Origin: an uncultured virus (IMG/VR IMGVR_UViG_3300006217_000037)
Lineage: Duplodnaviria; Heunggongvirae; Uroviricota; Caudoviricetes
Virus record (IMG/VR): IMGVR_UViG_3300006217_000037
Direction: 5' to 3' (one strand)
Length of the DNA stretch: 64,000 bases
Every line of letters starts with the position of its first letter. Within the stretch, counting starts at the first letter, position 1. Below are positions 54,910-63,430 of this stretch, one piece after another. The translations under genes and the position numbers were made by a program. Below the pieces are notes generated by a model. The model did not search any database. It had not been told where the DNA came from and worked only from the letters and a program-made list of their open reading frames with translations.

Positions 54910-56063
54910 GCGTGATTCGCCTCCCTGTAAAGCTTCTCCCAGTGCTTGTACTTATCATCATCCGCCTGCTTGTGGCGCTGAAACGTTCCGAAGGTCCTGG
55001 GCGTATCGTCCGGGATGGTCAGGCGGTACCGCTCCCACTGCCGGTAGTCCGCCAGCCACTGGGCCCGCCCCCGCTCCTTCAGGCGGTAGGCCTCAATCTG
55101 CTTTTCTGTCCGGGGATCCCGGGTGGGTGGGTTAGTCTTGAAGCTGGAGAACTTCTTGATCTTCCGCAGTTCCTCCTCGCTCCGCCCCGCCGGAGTCCAG
55201 GCGATGAGGGCGTGGAGGCAGTTCGGATGGATGTTCAGCCAGGAGTTGAGCAGCGTGTCCGGCCCCGTCGGGTCCACCTTCCCGAACGCCGCTGCCAAGG
55301 GTGGGAAGTCCGGGTCCGTGCCGCTCCTGGAGTAGACCCGGCCCTCCAGAGGGGCGCAGCGCCGGCAGGTGGTGTTGTGGCTGCTGATTTTGTACAGGTC
55401 CTGCTCCGGGTCCCGGGTGAGTACGGACAGCACCTCTGCCTGGCGGCTGGTGGTGCGGAGAACCATGCTGCCGTATGTGTGGAGGCTCCAGTGGCGCCCC
55501 GCTTTGTCGATAAAGGCGGTGACGCCCTCCCGCCGAAGGACCTCTACAAACTTCGGGAGTTCCTTATATACCCCCCGGCCCGCAGCCTCCAGAGCCAGGA
55601 CCTGCTCCAGGCCTGCCCGCCGGAACACGTCCGGCTCGATACGGCCTACTAGGGCGTTTTGCAGGGTGGCCGTCACCGTGGCGGCAGCGGCGTCTATCTC
55701 GCCCATGAGATTCATGGTCAAACGTTGGACGATGTCCATCTGCTCGCCGGTGAGGACCGCTGCATTGACGTAACCAGAAATGTGCTTCTCCGCCGTCTCC
55801 GGGATATCCAGGCGCTTCCGGGCCCCTGGGTGCTTGATGTAGAACTGACGTTCAATCATCCGGGGGACGTAGGTCCAGGATTCGTATTCTAACCTGTGGA
55901 GGATGGTCTGGACCCGCTCCAGTGCCGCCTCCGCGTGATAGTCCACCAGCCCGCCTGCCCGCAGACGGGCAATCTCGTTGATGATATCTGTCTCTGCCTT
56001 GAGAAACGCGGCGATCAGCCGTTGTAATTCTTTTGATTCAGATACCCGTTTCAATGATGGCAT
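54906..56063 (-). CDS. Minor capsid protein
   Basis: DKAGRHWSL, CAPLEGRVYS, HPNCLH. Confidence 0.8.
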   Translation of the reverse strand: MPSLKRVSESKELQRLIAAFLKAETDIINEIARLRAGGLVDYHAEAALERVQTILHRLEYESWTYVPRMIERQFYIKHPGARKRLDIPETAEKHISGYVNAAVLTGEQMDIVQRLTMNLMGEIDAAAATVTATLQNALVGRIEPDVFRRAGLEQVLALEAAGRGVYKELPKFVEVLRREGVTAFIDKAGRHWSLHTYGSMVLRTTSRQAEVLSVLTRDPEQDLYKISSHNTTCRRCAPLEGRVYSRSGTDPDFPPLAAAFGKVDPTGPDTLLNSWLNIHPNCLHALIAWTPAGRSEEELRKIKKFSSFKTNPPTRDPRTEKQIEAYRLKERGRAQWLADYRQWERYRLTIPDDTPRTFGTFQRHKQADDDKYKHWEKLYREANHA

Positions 56064-56085
56064 TGCACCGCCTCCTGTTCTATAG

Positions 56086-56125
56086 AGAATCCCCCGCCAC
56101 CTCATATCGAGATAGTGGGGGATTG
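56086..56125. terminator. Hairpin between portal cassette and minor capsid gene
   Basis: AATCCCCC...GGGGGATT inverted repeat. Confidence 0.45.
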
Positions 56126-56197
56126 TTAATTTTTTCTGTGATACTCGCCAAAATACTTGATTTCGGCTTGCTTACGGGCGGCGATTGCATCTTCCTT
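56126..56197 (-). pseudogene. Remnant C-terminus of an AP2-domain (HNH-AP2-type) gene
   Basis: KEDAIAARKQAEIKYFGEYHRKN* with no start codon. Confidence 0.6.
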
Positions 56198-56205
56198 TTA
56201 TTGGG

Positions 56206-56454
56206 TTATTCGTCGTCCTCGTCCGTCAGAAGCTCTTCCTGTGTGACACCCTTTAGCCCAGGCTTGATGAAATTCAGAAAATCCCAGAACGGCGCTTCTG
56301 GGTGGGCCGTTCCGTAGTTAATAATCTCCTGCTCAATATGGTCGTACACAGCAGAGCATATCAACATATCCACGTCATCTTGCTGAACCTTGTCCTTTTT
56401 AAGTTCGCCTTGCCCGATATACGGTTCCAGAAACTTGCGCAGTTTTTCTTCCAT
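56206..56454 (-). CDS. Small acidic protein, candidate immunity/partner of portal cargo
   Basis: 82 aa, SD AGGAG overlapping portal stop, visibly lower GC. Confidence 0.65.
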   Translation of the reverse strand: MEEKLRKFLEPYIGQGELKKDKVQQDDVDMLICSAVYDHIEQEIINYGTAHPEAPFWDFLNFIKPGLKGVTQEELLTDEDDE

Positions 56455-56466
56455 TCTGAATGTCTC

Positions 56467-58221
56467 CTATTTGATATTTTGGATACTTATGACCTCCATA
56501 CCGCCATATCCGTCTGCTTTCACTGTATACTGCTTTTGAGCATTCCGTATTGTTCTGACCTCCCCGGCTTCCAATCCGGGGTATCTCGTGCCCAATATGC
56601 CGCACAGTCTTGCATATGTTTTCGGCTTGAGCTGGATGCCGGACTTATTCCTCTGCGGCGATGGCGCGTACTTGGTCTTTCCCATTGTACCACCGCCGCC
56701 GCCGCTAGTAAAGCGGCCGGACGCAGGATCGTGGTGCGGATTGAAATCCAGCGCCAGCGCGTCCCCGGTCGCCTGCTCAAAAGGGCCGTCGTCCTCCTCT
56801 AAATCATCCCCGCCGATACTGGGCGGCAGAGTCAATCCGGCCAGAGAATCGTATAAACTTGTCACATCCTGGTACGTCTTGCCGGCGTTGGCCTCGATCT
56901 CCTCGTCGGAGATGCTGCCGAACAGTCCGACCTCGTCGGAGAGCTTCTTGAGTTCCCTTTGAGCCGTGTCCACCGCCAGCAGTCCTGCCTGAAAGATATC
57001 CCGTATGGCAAGGGCCTTTTTCTCCGCAATCTCCGCCAGCTCCCTGGGCGTAGGCATCCAGAGGGGCGGAAAGATGATATCCAGGTCCTCTGGCACCGCG
57101 CCCCAGGCCGACATACACAGTACCGGAAGGATGCGCTCCAGAATAGGCCTCAGCACATTCTCCCGGAGGGTGTCCACGTAGTCGTAGTAGTTGCGCAGGT
57201 CGCTCTCCCCAGTGGAATTCATCCCCGCCGGGGACCGTCCGAAGAGCTTGGTCACCGGGATCCGGGACGCGCCGGACAGGTCGTGGCACATACTGTCATA
57301 GACCTCCTGGAGGCCGGTAAACGTGTACTGCGTGTTGTTGATCTGGTCGCCCTTGTTCACCAGCTGCATCCCGAAGTTGGAGCGCAGCACGCTCTGGGCC
57401 TGCATGACGTTCCAGAATCGCCTCTGCTGGGCCCCGGAGGAGACGGAAAAGAGCTGGTCCAGGCTCTCGACCTCCATGGTGTCAATATTGGCCCGGAAGG
57501 TGAGGGCCGCCATGTTGGCGGAGACGTTGTCATGTTTGACCACGTCCTGATAGAGGGCCTCAACCTCGCTCTCACCCCAATACATCTCCGCCAGCTTCTC
57601 CAGGTAGGGCAGCTCCCGGCCCGTGAACCGGAGTACCCTGGAGTGGTGGACCCGGGCGACGATACCCCCCTCGGGGCTGTTGACCTGGTAATAGGCCGGG
57701 AGCCCGAAGTCCGGGTCCGACAGGTCATCCACCAGCTCCGTCTCCGGGGTGATGCCGCTCCAGCGGTCCACGATGTAGATGCCGGCAAAGGTTCCAGGCA
57801 GCACCAGCTCCAGGTCCAGGGGGCGGTCCAGCCGGTCCTCCTGGCCCCGGATGAGGAGGATCCCCGCCGCACCGCCGTACAGCCGCCCCCACTTGAGGCC
57901 GGTGTTCACTCGGTCCCGGAGGGCCGTACGCCGCTGGGCCTGCTCCAGCTGCCGCAGGTGGTCCGGACCAACTCCGCCCAGGGTAAACCACTTCTTGGTC
58001 ATGTCATCGGGTATGATTCCAACGACATTTTGGACCACCCAGTTGTCCCGATAGAGGGAGTTAAGCAGGGCATAGTTGTCCGTCATCCTGGTCAGAGGGT
58101 AATCCGTGGCCTCCAAGGGGGACTGGGAGCCGTACCCCAGCCGGAAAAGCGGGTTGGAAAAGGCGTCTCCTGTCCGGACCGGCTCCGGCACCGGGGCAGG
58201 CTTTCTTCTCCGCTTACTCAT
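56467..58221 (-). CDS. Portal protein (DUF1073-like) with C-terminal extension
   Basis: Follows TerL; WGRLYGG, VHHSR, RIPVTKLFGRSPAG, NYYDYV, FPPLW; extra ~92-aa tail. Confidence 0.88.
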   Translation of the reverse strand: MSKRRRKPAPVPEPVRTGDAFSNPLFRLGYGSQSPLEATDYPLTRMTDNYALLNSLYRDNWVVQNVVGIIPDDMTKKWFTLGGVGPDHLRQLEQAQRRTALRDRVNTGLKWGRLYGGAAGILLIRGQEDRLDRPLDLELVLPGTFAGIYIVDRWSGITPETELVDDLSDPDFGLPAYYQVNSPEGGIVARVHHSRVLRFTGRELPYLEKLAEMYWGESEVEALYQDVVKHDNVSANMAALTFRANIDTMEVESLDQLFSVSSGAQQRRFWNVMQAQSVLRSNFGMQLVNKGDQINNTQYTFTGLQEVYDSMCHDLSGASRIPVTKLFGRSPAGMNSTGESDLRNYYDYVDTLRENVLRPILERILPVLCMSAWGAVPEDLDIIFPPLWMPTPRELAEIAEKKALAIRDIFQAGLLAVDTAQRELKKLSDEVGLFGSISDEEIEANAGKTYQDVTSLYDSLAGLTLPPSIGGDDLEEDDGPFEQATGDALALDFNPHHDPASGRFTSGGGGGTMGKTKYAPSPQRNKSGIQLKPKTYARLCGILGTRYPGLEAGEVRTIRNAQKQYTVKADGYGGMEVISIQNIK

Positions 58222-58222
58222 G

Positions 58223-59473
58223 TTATCCCTCCTCTCCGTACCGCCACTTGGGCAGGACCGTGTTAACGTAGTAGCGCAGGGCATCCGGCCCGTGGTCCAA
58301 GCTCTTCACTGGCTTTTCCACTCCCATTTGGGCCGCCTTACTGTCCCAGACATAGCTTTGCAGTTCGCCGATCAGCCCCTGACACTGGCGGTGGATCATC
58401 AACACCCGCCGGCTCAACAGCTGGGCGACCCGCCGGATGCCGTTCGGCACATCGTTGTCACCCCGGATGACGTACATCCCCCGGCGCTGCAGCTCGGCGA
58501 TGAAGCTGGCGGCGGATGGATCTACAATCACGGGGCACAGGAACTGCGGATCTGTTCCCATGAACACAGCCAAATCGTCGGCATATTCCCAATCCGTCTT
58601 CTGTCGTAGGCCGGTCGTATCCACATCACGGCTGTCCCAGCGGTACTCCCGGTCCACCCAGACCGTCTCACCATCGTCGTAGATGTCCAGGAACACGGTG
58701 GGGTTCGCCGTCCCGTAGTCGATGGCAATGGTGCGGGCAGCGATGTAGGGCAGGCCCTTGGGGCGAGTGAGGTCGTCGTAGCTGTTGGCATCAGGGTCAA
58801 ACATGTCGTAGATCAGCCCATCCCCCGCCGTCCACTCACCATCAATGTACCGGCGCTTGAACACTCCGGCATACATGCCGCGGTACATGGCCCGTGTCTC
58901 CTCCGACAGGCTTGGATTGTCGTTCATGGTAAAATGCAGGTGGGTGGCGTCCTTCTCCCGGAGTTTCAGCAGCCACTCCTTTCGAAACCAGTGTTCTGGC
59001 ACATCCGGGTTGCAGTTGAACCACAGCTTTGCCCCCGCCACGCTGCACCGGGCCAGGGCCTGCTCCACAAAGGACCGAGGCATCAAAGCCACCTCGTCCA
59101 GCAGGACCCCCGCCAGGGTGACGCCCTGGATGAGCATATAGGACGATTCATCCCGGCCTCCGAACACGTAAAATTGGTTGGAACGCAGTCCCCGTGTAAC
59201 GGTCAGCACATGGCCGGAGCGGGTGTACTCCAACGAGAACTGCTCCTGAAGGTAGGAGACGCCCAACAGCGGCTGGATGATGTTCCGCTCAGCGCTGCCT
59301 ACCGTCTTTCCGCAAAGGCCAAAGCTGCACTTGTCAAAGTTCCCCATGGCCCACAGAATGAAAGACAGAGACATGACGGAGGTCTTGCCGGAACGGACCG
59401 CACCGTCACAGATCAGCGCCCGCTTTCCTGTGTAAGGCCATTCAAGAATTTTTATTTGCTTTTCCGAAAACAT
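58223..59473 (-). CDS. Terminase large subunit (PBSX-like)
   Basis: GAVRSGKT, LLDE, NCNP, IDYGTANP, DHGPDALRY. Confidence 0.93.
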   Translation of the reverse strand: MFSEKQIKILEWPYTGKRALICDGAVRSGKTSVMSLSFILWAMGNFDKCSFGLCGKTVGSAERNIIQPLLGVSYLQEQFSLEYTRSGHVLTVTRGLRSNQFYVFGGRDESSYMLIQGVTLAGVLLDEVALMPRSFVEQALARCSVAGAKLWFNCNPDVPEHWFRKEWLLKLREKDATHLHFTMNDNPSLSEETRAMYRGMYAGVFKRRYIDGEWTAGDGLIYDMFDPDANSYDDLTRPKGLPYIAARTIAIDYGTANPTVFLDIYDDGETVWVDREYRWDSRDVDTTGLRQKTDWEYADDLAVFMGTDPQFLCPVIVDPSAASFIAELQRRGMYVIRGDNDVPNGIRRVAQLLSRRVLMIHRQCQGLIGELQSYVWDSKAAQMGVEKPVKSLDHGPDALRYYVNTVLPKWRYGEEG

Positions 59474-59900
59474 TTGCCGTCTCCTTCAGGCTCTTGGTGA
59501 TGGGGTCATCCTCCTGCCCCTGTGTTGGGACAGCTTCGGTCTTGGTACTGTACCCATACTTGCTCATCCACAGAGGCGCCAGGCGGGTGTCGATGATCCC
59601 CAGTTCAAACTTCATCCGGGCATCCACCTCGCACTCTTCCTTCATGCGCGTGACGGTGTCCGGATACTGTTTGCCGCAGGTCTCATAGAACGCGGACCGG
59701 GCCAGCCCCGCCCACATGCAGAAGCCCTCGATGGTATAGGTCACGCTGCGTCTCAGCTCCGCGGAGACAAACTGGGAATTTTTCGCGCTGAAATCGTGGG
59801 TCAGCACCTTTTGGTCACCGCACCAGGCCTTGTACTCATCCCACGCCGCACTTAGGGCTTTTTCGCTTTTGAACCTGCGGGGTCTGCCTGCTGCACCCAT
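59442..59900 (-). CDS. Terminase small subunit
   Basis: GRPRRFKS, YTIEGFC; precedes TerL. Confidence 0.8.
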   Translation of the reverse strand: MGAAGRPRRFKSEKALSAAWDEYKAWCGDQKVLTHDFSAKNSQFVSAELRRSVTYTIEGFCMWAGLARSAFYETCGKQYPDTVTRMKEECEVDARMKFELGIIDTRLAPLWMSKYGYSTKTEAVPTQGQEDDPITKSLKETANVFGKANKNS

Positions 59901-59977
59901 AATTTCACCATCCTTCTCGAAAATCAAAACATCAAAAATGCGCCCCGGTTGCCCGGTGGCGCATTTCGTATGATAGC

Positions 59978-60030
59978 ATTGTACCACGGTCTTTCGGAAA
60001 AATCGCCCGGTTTTTTTCCGGACTTTTTTA
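59978..60030 (-). promoter_or_regulatory. Candidate late promoter of prophage B
   Basis: Extended -10 TGGTACAAT; upstream AAAAAAGTCCGG/AAAAAAACCGGG repeats right after activator gene. Confidence 0.5.
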
Positions 60031-60468
60031 CTCCGTCTCAGTGACCCCATAAAGGGCCAGGGTGAAATGCCGCAAAGCCTTGTCCCGCCTGTCATAGACG
60101 GCGCTTTTCTCCAGGCCCAGGATCTCGCACAAGGCCTCGACAGCCCCCTTTGCCCGATGGATGTAAAACCGGTCTAAAACAAGCCTTTCCTCGTCATCCA
60201 GGACGGCCAGGGCCTTGTCAACCTGGGCCACCCACAGACGGGCCTCCTTCAGCCGCCGCTTCAACTCGTCCCGGTGAACAATGTTGGAGAGCATGGAGTC
60301 CTCCCGAGTGTTGCCGCCGCCAGAAACAGGCGTGCCGTCGGTAGTGGCGCTACGAATGCCAGTATAGGCACTCTCCAACCGCTTGATCTCTTTGGGCAGG
60401 CATTCCAGAGCTTGCTTGTGGGCCTCATAGTTTTTCAGCTTATCGACTGCCTCTCGTTTCCAGTTCAT
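60028..60468 (-). CDS. RinA/ArpU-like late transcription activator
   Basis: ALAVLDDEERLVLDRFY...AVYDRRDKALRHF; last gene before terS. Confidence 0.8.
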   Translation of the reverse strand: MNWKREAVDKLKNYEAHKQALECLPKEIKRLESAYTGIRSATTDGTPVSGGGNTREDSMLSNIVHRDELKRRLKEARLWVAQVDKALAVLDDEERLVLDRFYIHRAKGAVEALCEILGLEKSAVYDRRDKALRHFTLALYGVTETE

Positions 60469-60917
60469 TGCGCTATCTCCTCCAGCCATTGAACAATGCA
60501 CCGTCCACAGGGTTCCTCGCACTTGTCAGGCTTGGCCCCGTATGCTTTCGGACAAAACCGCCGCTCATTCCCATTCAGCAGCAGTACCATGTCCGTGGGT
60601 GTCCTGCACGCCTTGAGCCGCTCGAAACGGCTCCGGGGATCCCTCGGGGGATCATCTTCACCGAACCCCCTCCACTTCCACCAGGAATAACCCCCGCAGT
60701 CTTTCGGCCCCGGCCTGGAGCACCGCCCCTCCTTCCACTCGATGCAGGAGCGGCAAGTGTTCCCGGTCGAATACCTCCAGATGTCTTCCACGGCCTCCGC
60801 CAGTTGCTTTTCCAGTTCCTCAATCCGGGCCAGGATGTAAAGGTTCATCGGCTCCTCGCTGCGCCTGAGCAAGTCCTTGATGGTTTTGTTCATCTCCGGG
60901 TAGGTTTTAATCTCCAC
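60465..60917 (-). CDS. Cys-containing hypothetical protein
   Basis: YILARIEELE, CRSC, WKWRG, CIVQWLEE. Confidence 0.55.
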   Translation of the reverse strand: MEIKTYPEMNKTIKDLLRRSEEPMNLYILARIEELEKQLAEAVEDIWRYSTGNTCRSCIEWKEGRCSRPGPKDCGGYSWWKWRGFGEDDPPRDPRSRFERLKACRTPTDMVLLLNGNERRFCPKAYGAKPDKCEEPCGRCIVQWLEEIAQ

Positions 60918-61326
60918 AGCCTCCCCCTCCCTCCAGCTCATAGCGATACGCCAGCCACCGCTTCCCGTATCCGTAATCCTCGATATGTTGTGCATAGAAC
61001 GGGTCAAGAACATTCCAGTGCGGCGGCGGACTATCCTCTTGCAGTCCAACATGCTAATAGGATTTTCCTCCCATCTCCCGCAGATCCTCCAGGGGCAGAG
61101 GGGCGTTGGGCGGTAGCACCACCAGCATCCCGTCCTTCTCGGCCAGCTGGTCAAGGTCGGTCTGGGCTTCCTCACGGCTTCCGCGCCACGGGACGGCGGC
61201 CACCCCCTTCCAGCCGACATCACCCTGTTTCTCCGGCCGCTGGTACCGGGCCTTAAAGGTGTTCTCACCAAGGCCAGGCATGACCTGGTACTTCCAACCG
61301 CGGCTGTCGATGTATTTCTTAGGCAT
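60907..61326 (-). pseudogene. Hypothetical gene interrupted by in-frame TAG at 61054-61056
   Basis: PLPLEDLREMGGKSY*HVGLQ...YGKRWLAYRY continues in frame to 60907. Confidence 0.55.
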
Positions 61327-61350
61327 TCTGGGCAACCTCCTCGCCTTTCT

Positions 61351-61896
61351 TCAGTTCTGATATTCTCTGGCTTCCGGTACCCACTGAAGCCGAATCATCT
61401 CTTTGCACTTGCACTGAACTTCAACCACTGGTTCCTCGCTGTTGGTCTTGCCCCAGATCTCATGCTGGCAATACGGGCAGACGGCGTGGTACCGACCAAG
61501 CTGGCCCGTGAGGTCGATGTGATGGCCGCACTTACACGCTATCTCCGTTTGGTACTCCCGCAGGAATGTCCCGAAGGTGCTCCCGCACTCCGGGCAGTGG
61601 AGGCGAAGCAGTCCCCGCGCCCCTTCCGGCTTTTTCTCCGGGGGCGGGGTAGGTACGGTCTCCGCTGCCGGCGGCGGGTCGGTGGGGGTCTGGCTCTCCA
61701 GGTCCAGTCCCACCAGCTCCGGGGTCTTGGGGATTGGGGCGTATTCGTTCATCAGACGCTGGATGGTCCTCTTTGCTCTGGCGATTCCCTCTCTGGTGTC
61801 CGGCACTTCGACCGTTGTGTCAACAATGGTGTGTCCTCCCCGGTCGATGCAAAGGGAAAATGTGTAGGTTTGGGGCAGATCGATTGATAAACTCAT
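61351..61896 (-). CDS. Zn-ribbon repeat protein
   Basis: CPECG, CKCG, CPYC, CKCK. Confidence 0.65.
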   Translation of the reverse strand: MSLSIDLPQTYTFSLCIDRGGHTIVDTTVEVPDTREGIARAKRTIQRLMNEYAPIPKTPELVGLDLESQTPTDPPPAAETVPTPPPEKKPEGARGLLRLHCPECGSTFGTFLREYQTEIACKCGHHIDLTGQLGRYHAVCPYCQHEIWGKTNSEEPVVEVQCKCKEMIRLQWVPEAREYQN

Positions 61897-61914
61897 GATG
61901 ATTCCTCCATCGAC

Positions 61915-62046
61915 TCACGGGCGCTTGTAGCCCGTGCATTGTTTCGAGCCACAAAGGGCGGCAAATTCAATCCGTTCGCCCTTTGGCGCGTTTTTGTAGT
62001 TGACCGGGCAGTCCTTGTTTTTGCATTCATTGCAGCAGTACTTCAC
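61915..62046 (-). CDS. Small Cys-rich protein, 43 aa (not in ORF track)
   Basis: GTG start coupled to Lar stop; KYCCNECKNKDCP... Confidence 0.5.
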   Translation of the reverse strand: MKYCCNECKNKDCPVNYKNAPKGERIEFAALCGSKQCTGYKRP

Positions 62047-62261
62047 AACGTTTCCCTCCGGCCCGGTCGCTTATTCCATGCTGCCTCTGCCTGACCCTGG
62101 GCAACAAACTTGGTGTCATGCCAGGGCTGCACCCATGTCTTCGGCCCCCTGGTCTTGCAGTGGCGGCACACCACCCGGTAAGCAGCGTTCTTATCGCTCT
62201 TGCCCTCCCGCATGATGGCTACGTCATGTGAGCCGCAGAATGGACACGGTTTGAGGTTCAT
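62043..62261 (-). CDS. Lar-family restriction alleviation protein
   Basis: LKPCPFCGS...CRHC...AEAAWNKR. Confidence 0.75.
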   Translation of the reverse strand: MNLKPCPFCGSHDVAIMREGKSDKNAAYRVVCRHCKTRGPKTWVQPWHDTKFVAQGQAEAAWNKRPGRRETL

Positions 62262-62677
62262 ACCGTCACCTCCAAATCCGCCATGCTGAACACGATCCCG
62301 ATGCACCACGGTGCGCCGTCCTCCATGATGGTGAACGTCTCGTGGGGGATGTCGGTCTCGAACGTCCAGCTGGGGCCGCCCTCGTCGTGCCACACGGCCT
62401 TGATGTTTTTGGCCTTCTCCCGCTCCTTGGCAAAGTACGGGCAATCATCCTGGCCGCAGTCCGGCTCCTGGAGAATGCCGTCAGGGGTGAGGTAGACAGT
62501 CGTGCCGTTGTAGGCTCCAACCTCGTCGTTGATGGCCCCGCAGAGCTCCACATTATCGTCGGAGTAGCCGTACACCACAACCAGGCCAGCAGCCTTTGCG
62601 TCTTGTGCCTCTCCCCATTCCATTTCCTCGCCGGTATCCCGGCCATTCAATTCGATTGCTAACTCTTTTGCTGTCAT
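62258..62677 (-). CDS. Conserved phage hypothetical protein
   Basis: GLVVVYGYSDD, TDIPHETFTIMEDG. Confidence 0.65.
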   Translation of the reverse strand: MTAKELAIELNGRDTGEEMEWGEAQDAKAAGLVVVYGYSDDNVELCGAINDEVGAYNGTTVYLTPDGILQEPDCGQDDCPYFAKEREKAKNIKAVWHDEGGPSWTFETDIPHETFTIMEDGAPWCIGIVFSMADLEVTV

Positions 62678-62720
62678 TGCGATAACCTCCAAAATTCGTA
62701 ATCGGTTGGCAATTTGCCTG

Positions 62721-63116
62721 TTACTTGATTTCCTCAGCGCAGACGTATATCCCCGGTACCTCGGCCCAAAACTTTTCGCATATCTCCGAGGATACCTGCG
62801 CATCGTCCTTCCAGAACCCCACAGCGGTCATGCAGTCCTTCAGCAGCTTGTTCAGGTTATCCGTGTCGGGCTTGGTGATCCGGTACTCGCCGTCCTCATG
62901 CTCCCCCCTGGGGAAACACCATTTCACCAAAAGCCGCACGGCTCCCCTCATGCGCTGCTCCGGCCTATGCCCGGCCAGATGGTCCGTCAGCTTTGACCGG
63001 GCCGCCACCACTTCCGGGGGATCGTAGCTTACCGGCTTGCCCTTCACAACCCGCCATTTCTTTTCCTGGTGCGTGGCGGTGGGCGGGATCATCGGCATGA
63101 AAAACTCAATTCTCAC
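62721..63116 (-). CDS. rusA: RusA-like resolvase
   Basis: KPDTDNLNKLLKD; highly similar to 19483-19896. Confidence 0.88.
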   Translation of the reverse strand: MRIEFFMPMIPPTATHQEKKWRVVKGKPVSYDPPEVVAARSKLTDHLAGHRPEQRMRGAVRLLVKWCFPRGEHEDGEYRITKPDTDNLNKLLKDCMTAVGFWKDDAQVSSEICEKFWAEVPGIYVCAEEIK

Positions 63117-63164
63117 GTGTCTTTACCTCGCTAAAGTGTCGCTTATTTTTTCTTGCGGCTGTAC

Positions 63165-63430
63165 TGGGCGGGTGTCCCTCCCGTGTGTGGGGGCAGCCTA
63201 TGGCCCCCACACGTTAGGGTGGGCACCCGTACAGAGGGCTTGCCCGACGTAGTTTTATATACGTAGTATATAAGGGGTGGCGGGCAGGTGCCTGCCCAAC
63301 CTATTTTTTCAGGTGGCGGGCAGGTGCCTGCCCAACCTATTTTTTCAGGTGGCGGGCAAATACCCGCCCATGCCCATAACCAAGATACCGGGCACTTGCC
63401 CGAATTGCCCACTATCAAGGTGCCGGGCAA
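63165..63430. repeat. Iteron cluster, putative replication origin of prophage B
   Basis: Many GGGCA/TGCCC copies; 36-bp unit starting 63276, 63312 and partially 63348; AT-rich patch 63251-63273. Confidence 0.7.

Noticed and set aside
56467..58221. Anti-CBASS Acb1 label sometimes attached to this family
   Set aside because: No paired HxT phosphoesterase motifs seen; position and motifs indicate a portal
18360..61056. Stop-codon reassignment suggested by internal TGA/TAG codons
   Set aside because: Only isolated cases; many genes end normally in TGA/TAG and no suppressor tRNA was seen
63276..63360. 36-bp palindromic repeats as a CRISPR array
   Set aside because: Units are directly tandem with no spacers, and no cas genes are present; position fits an origin
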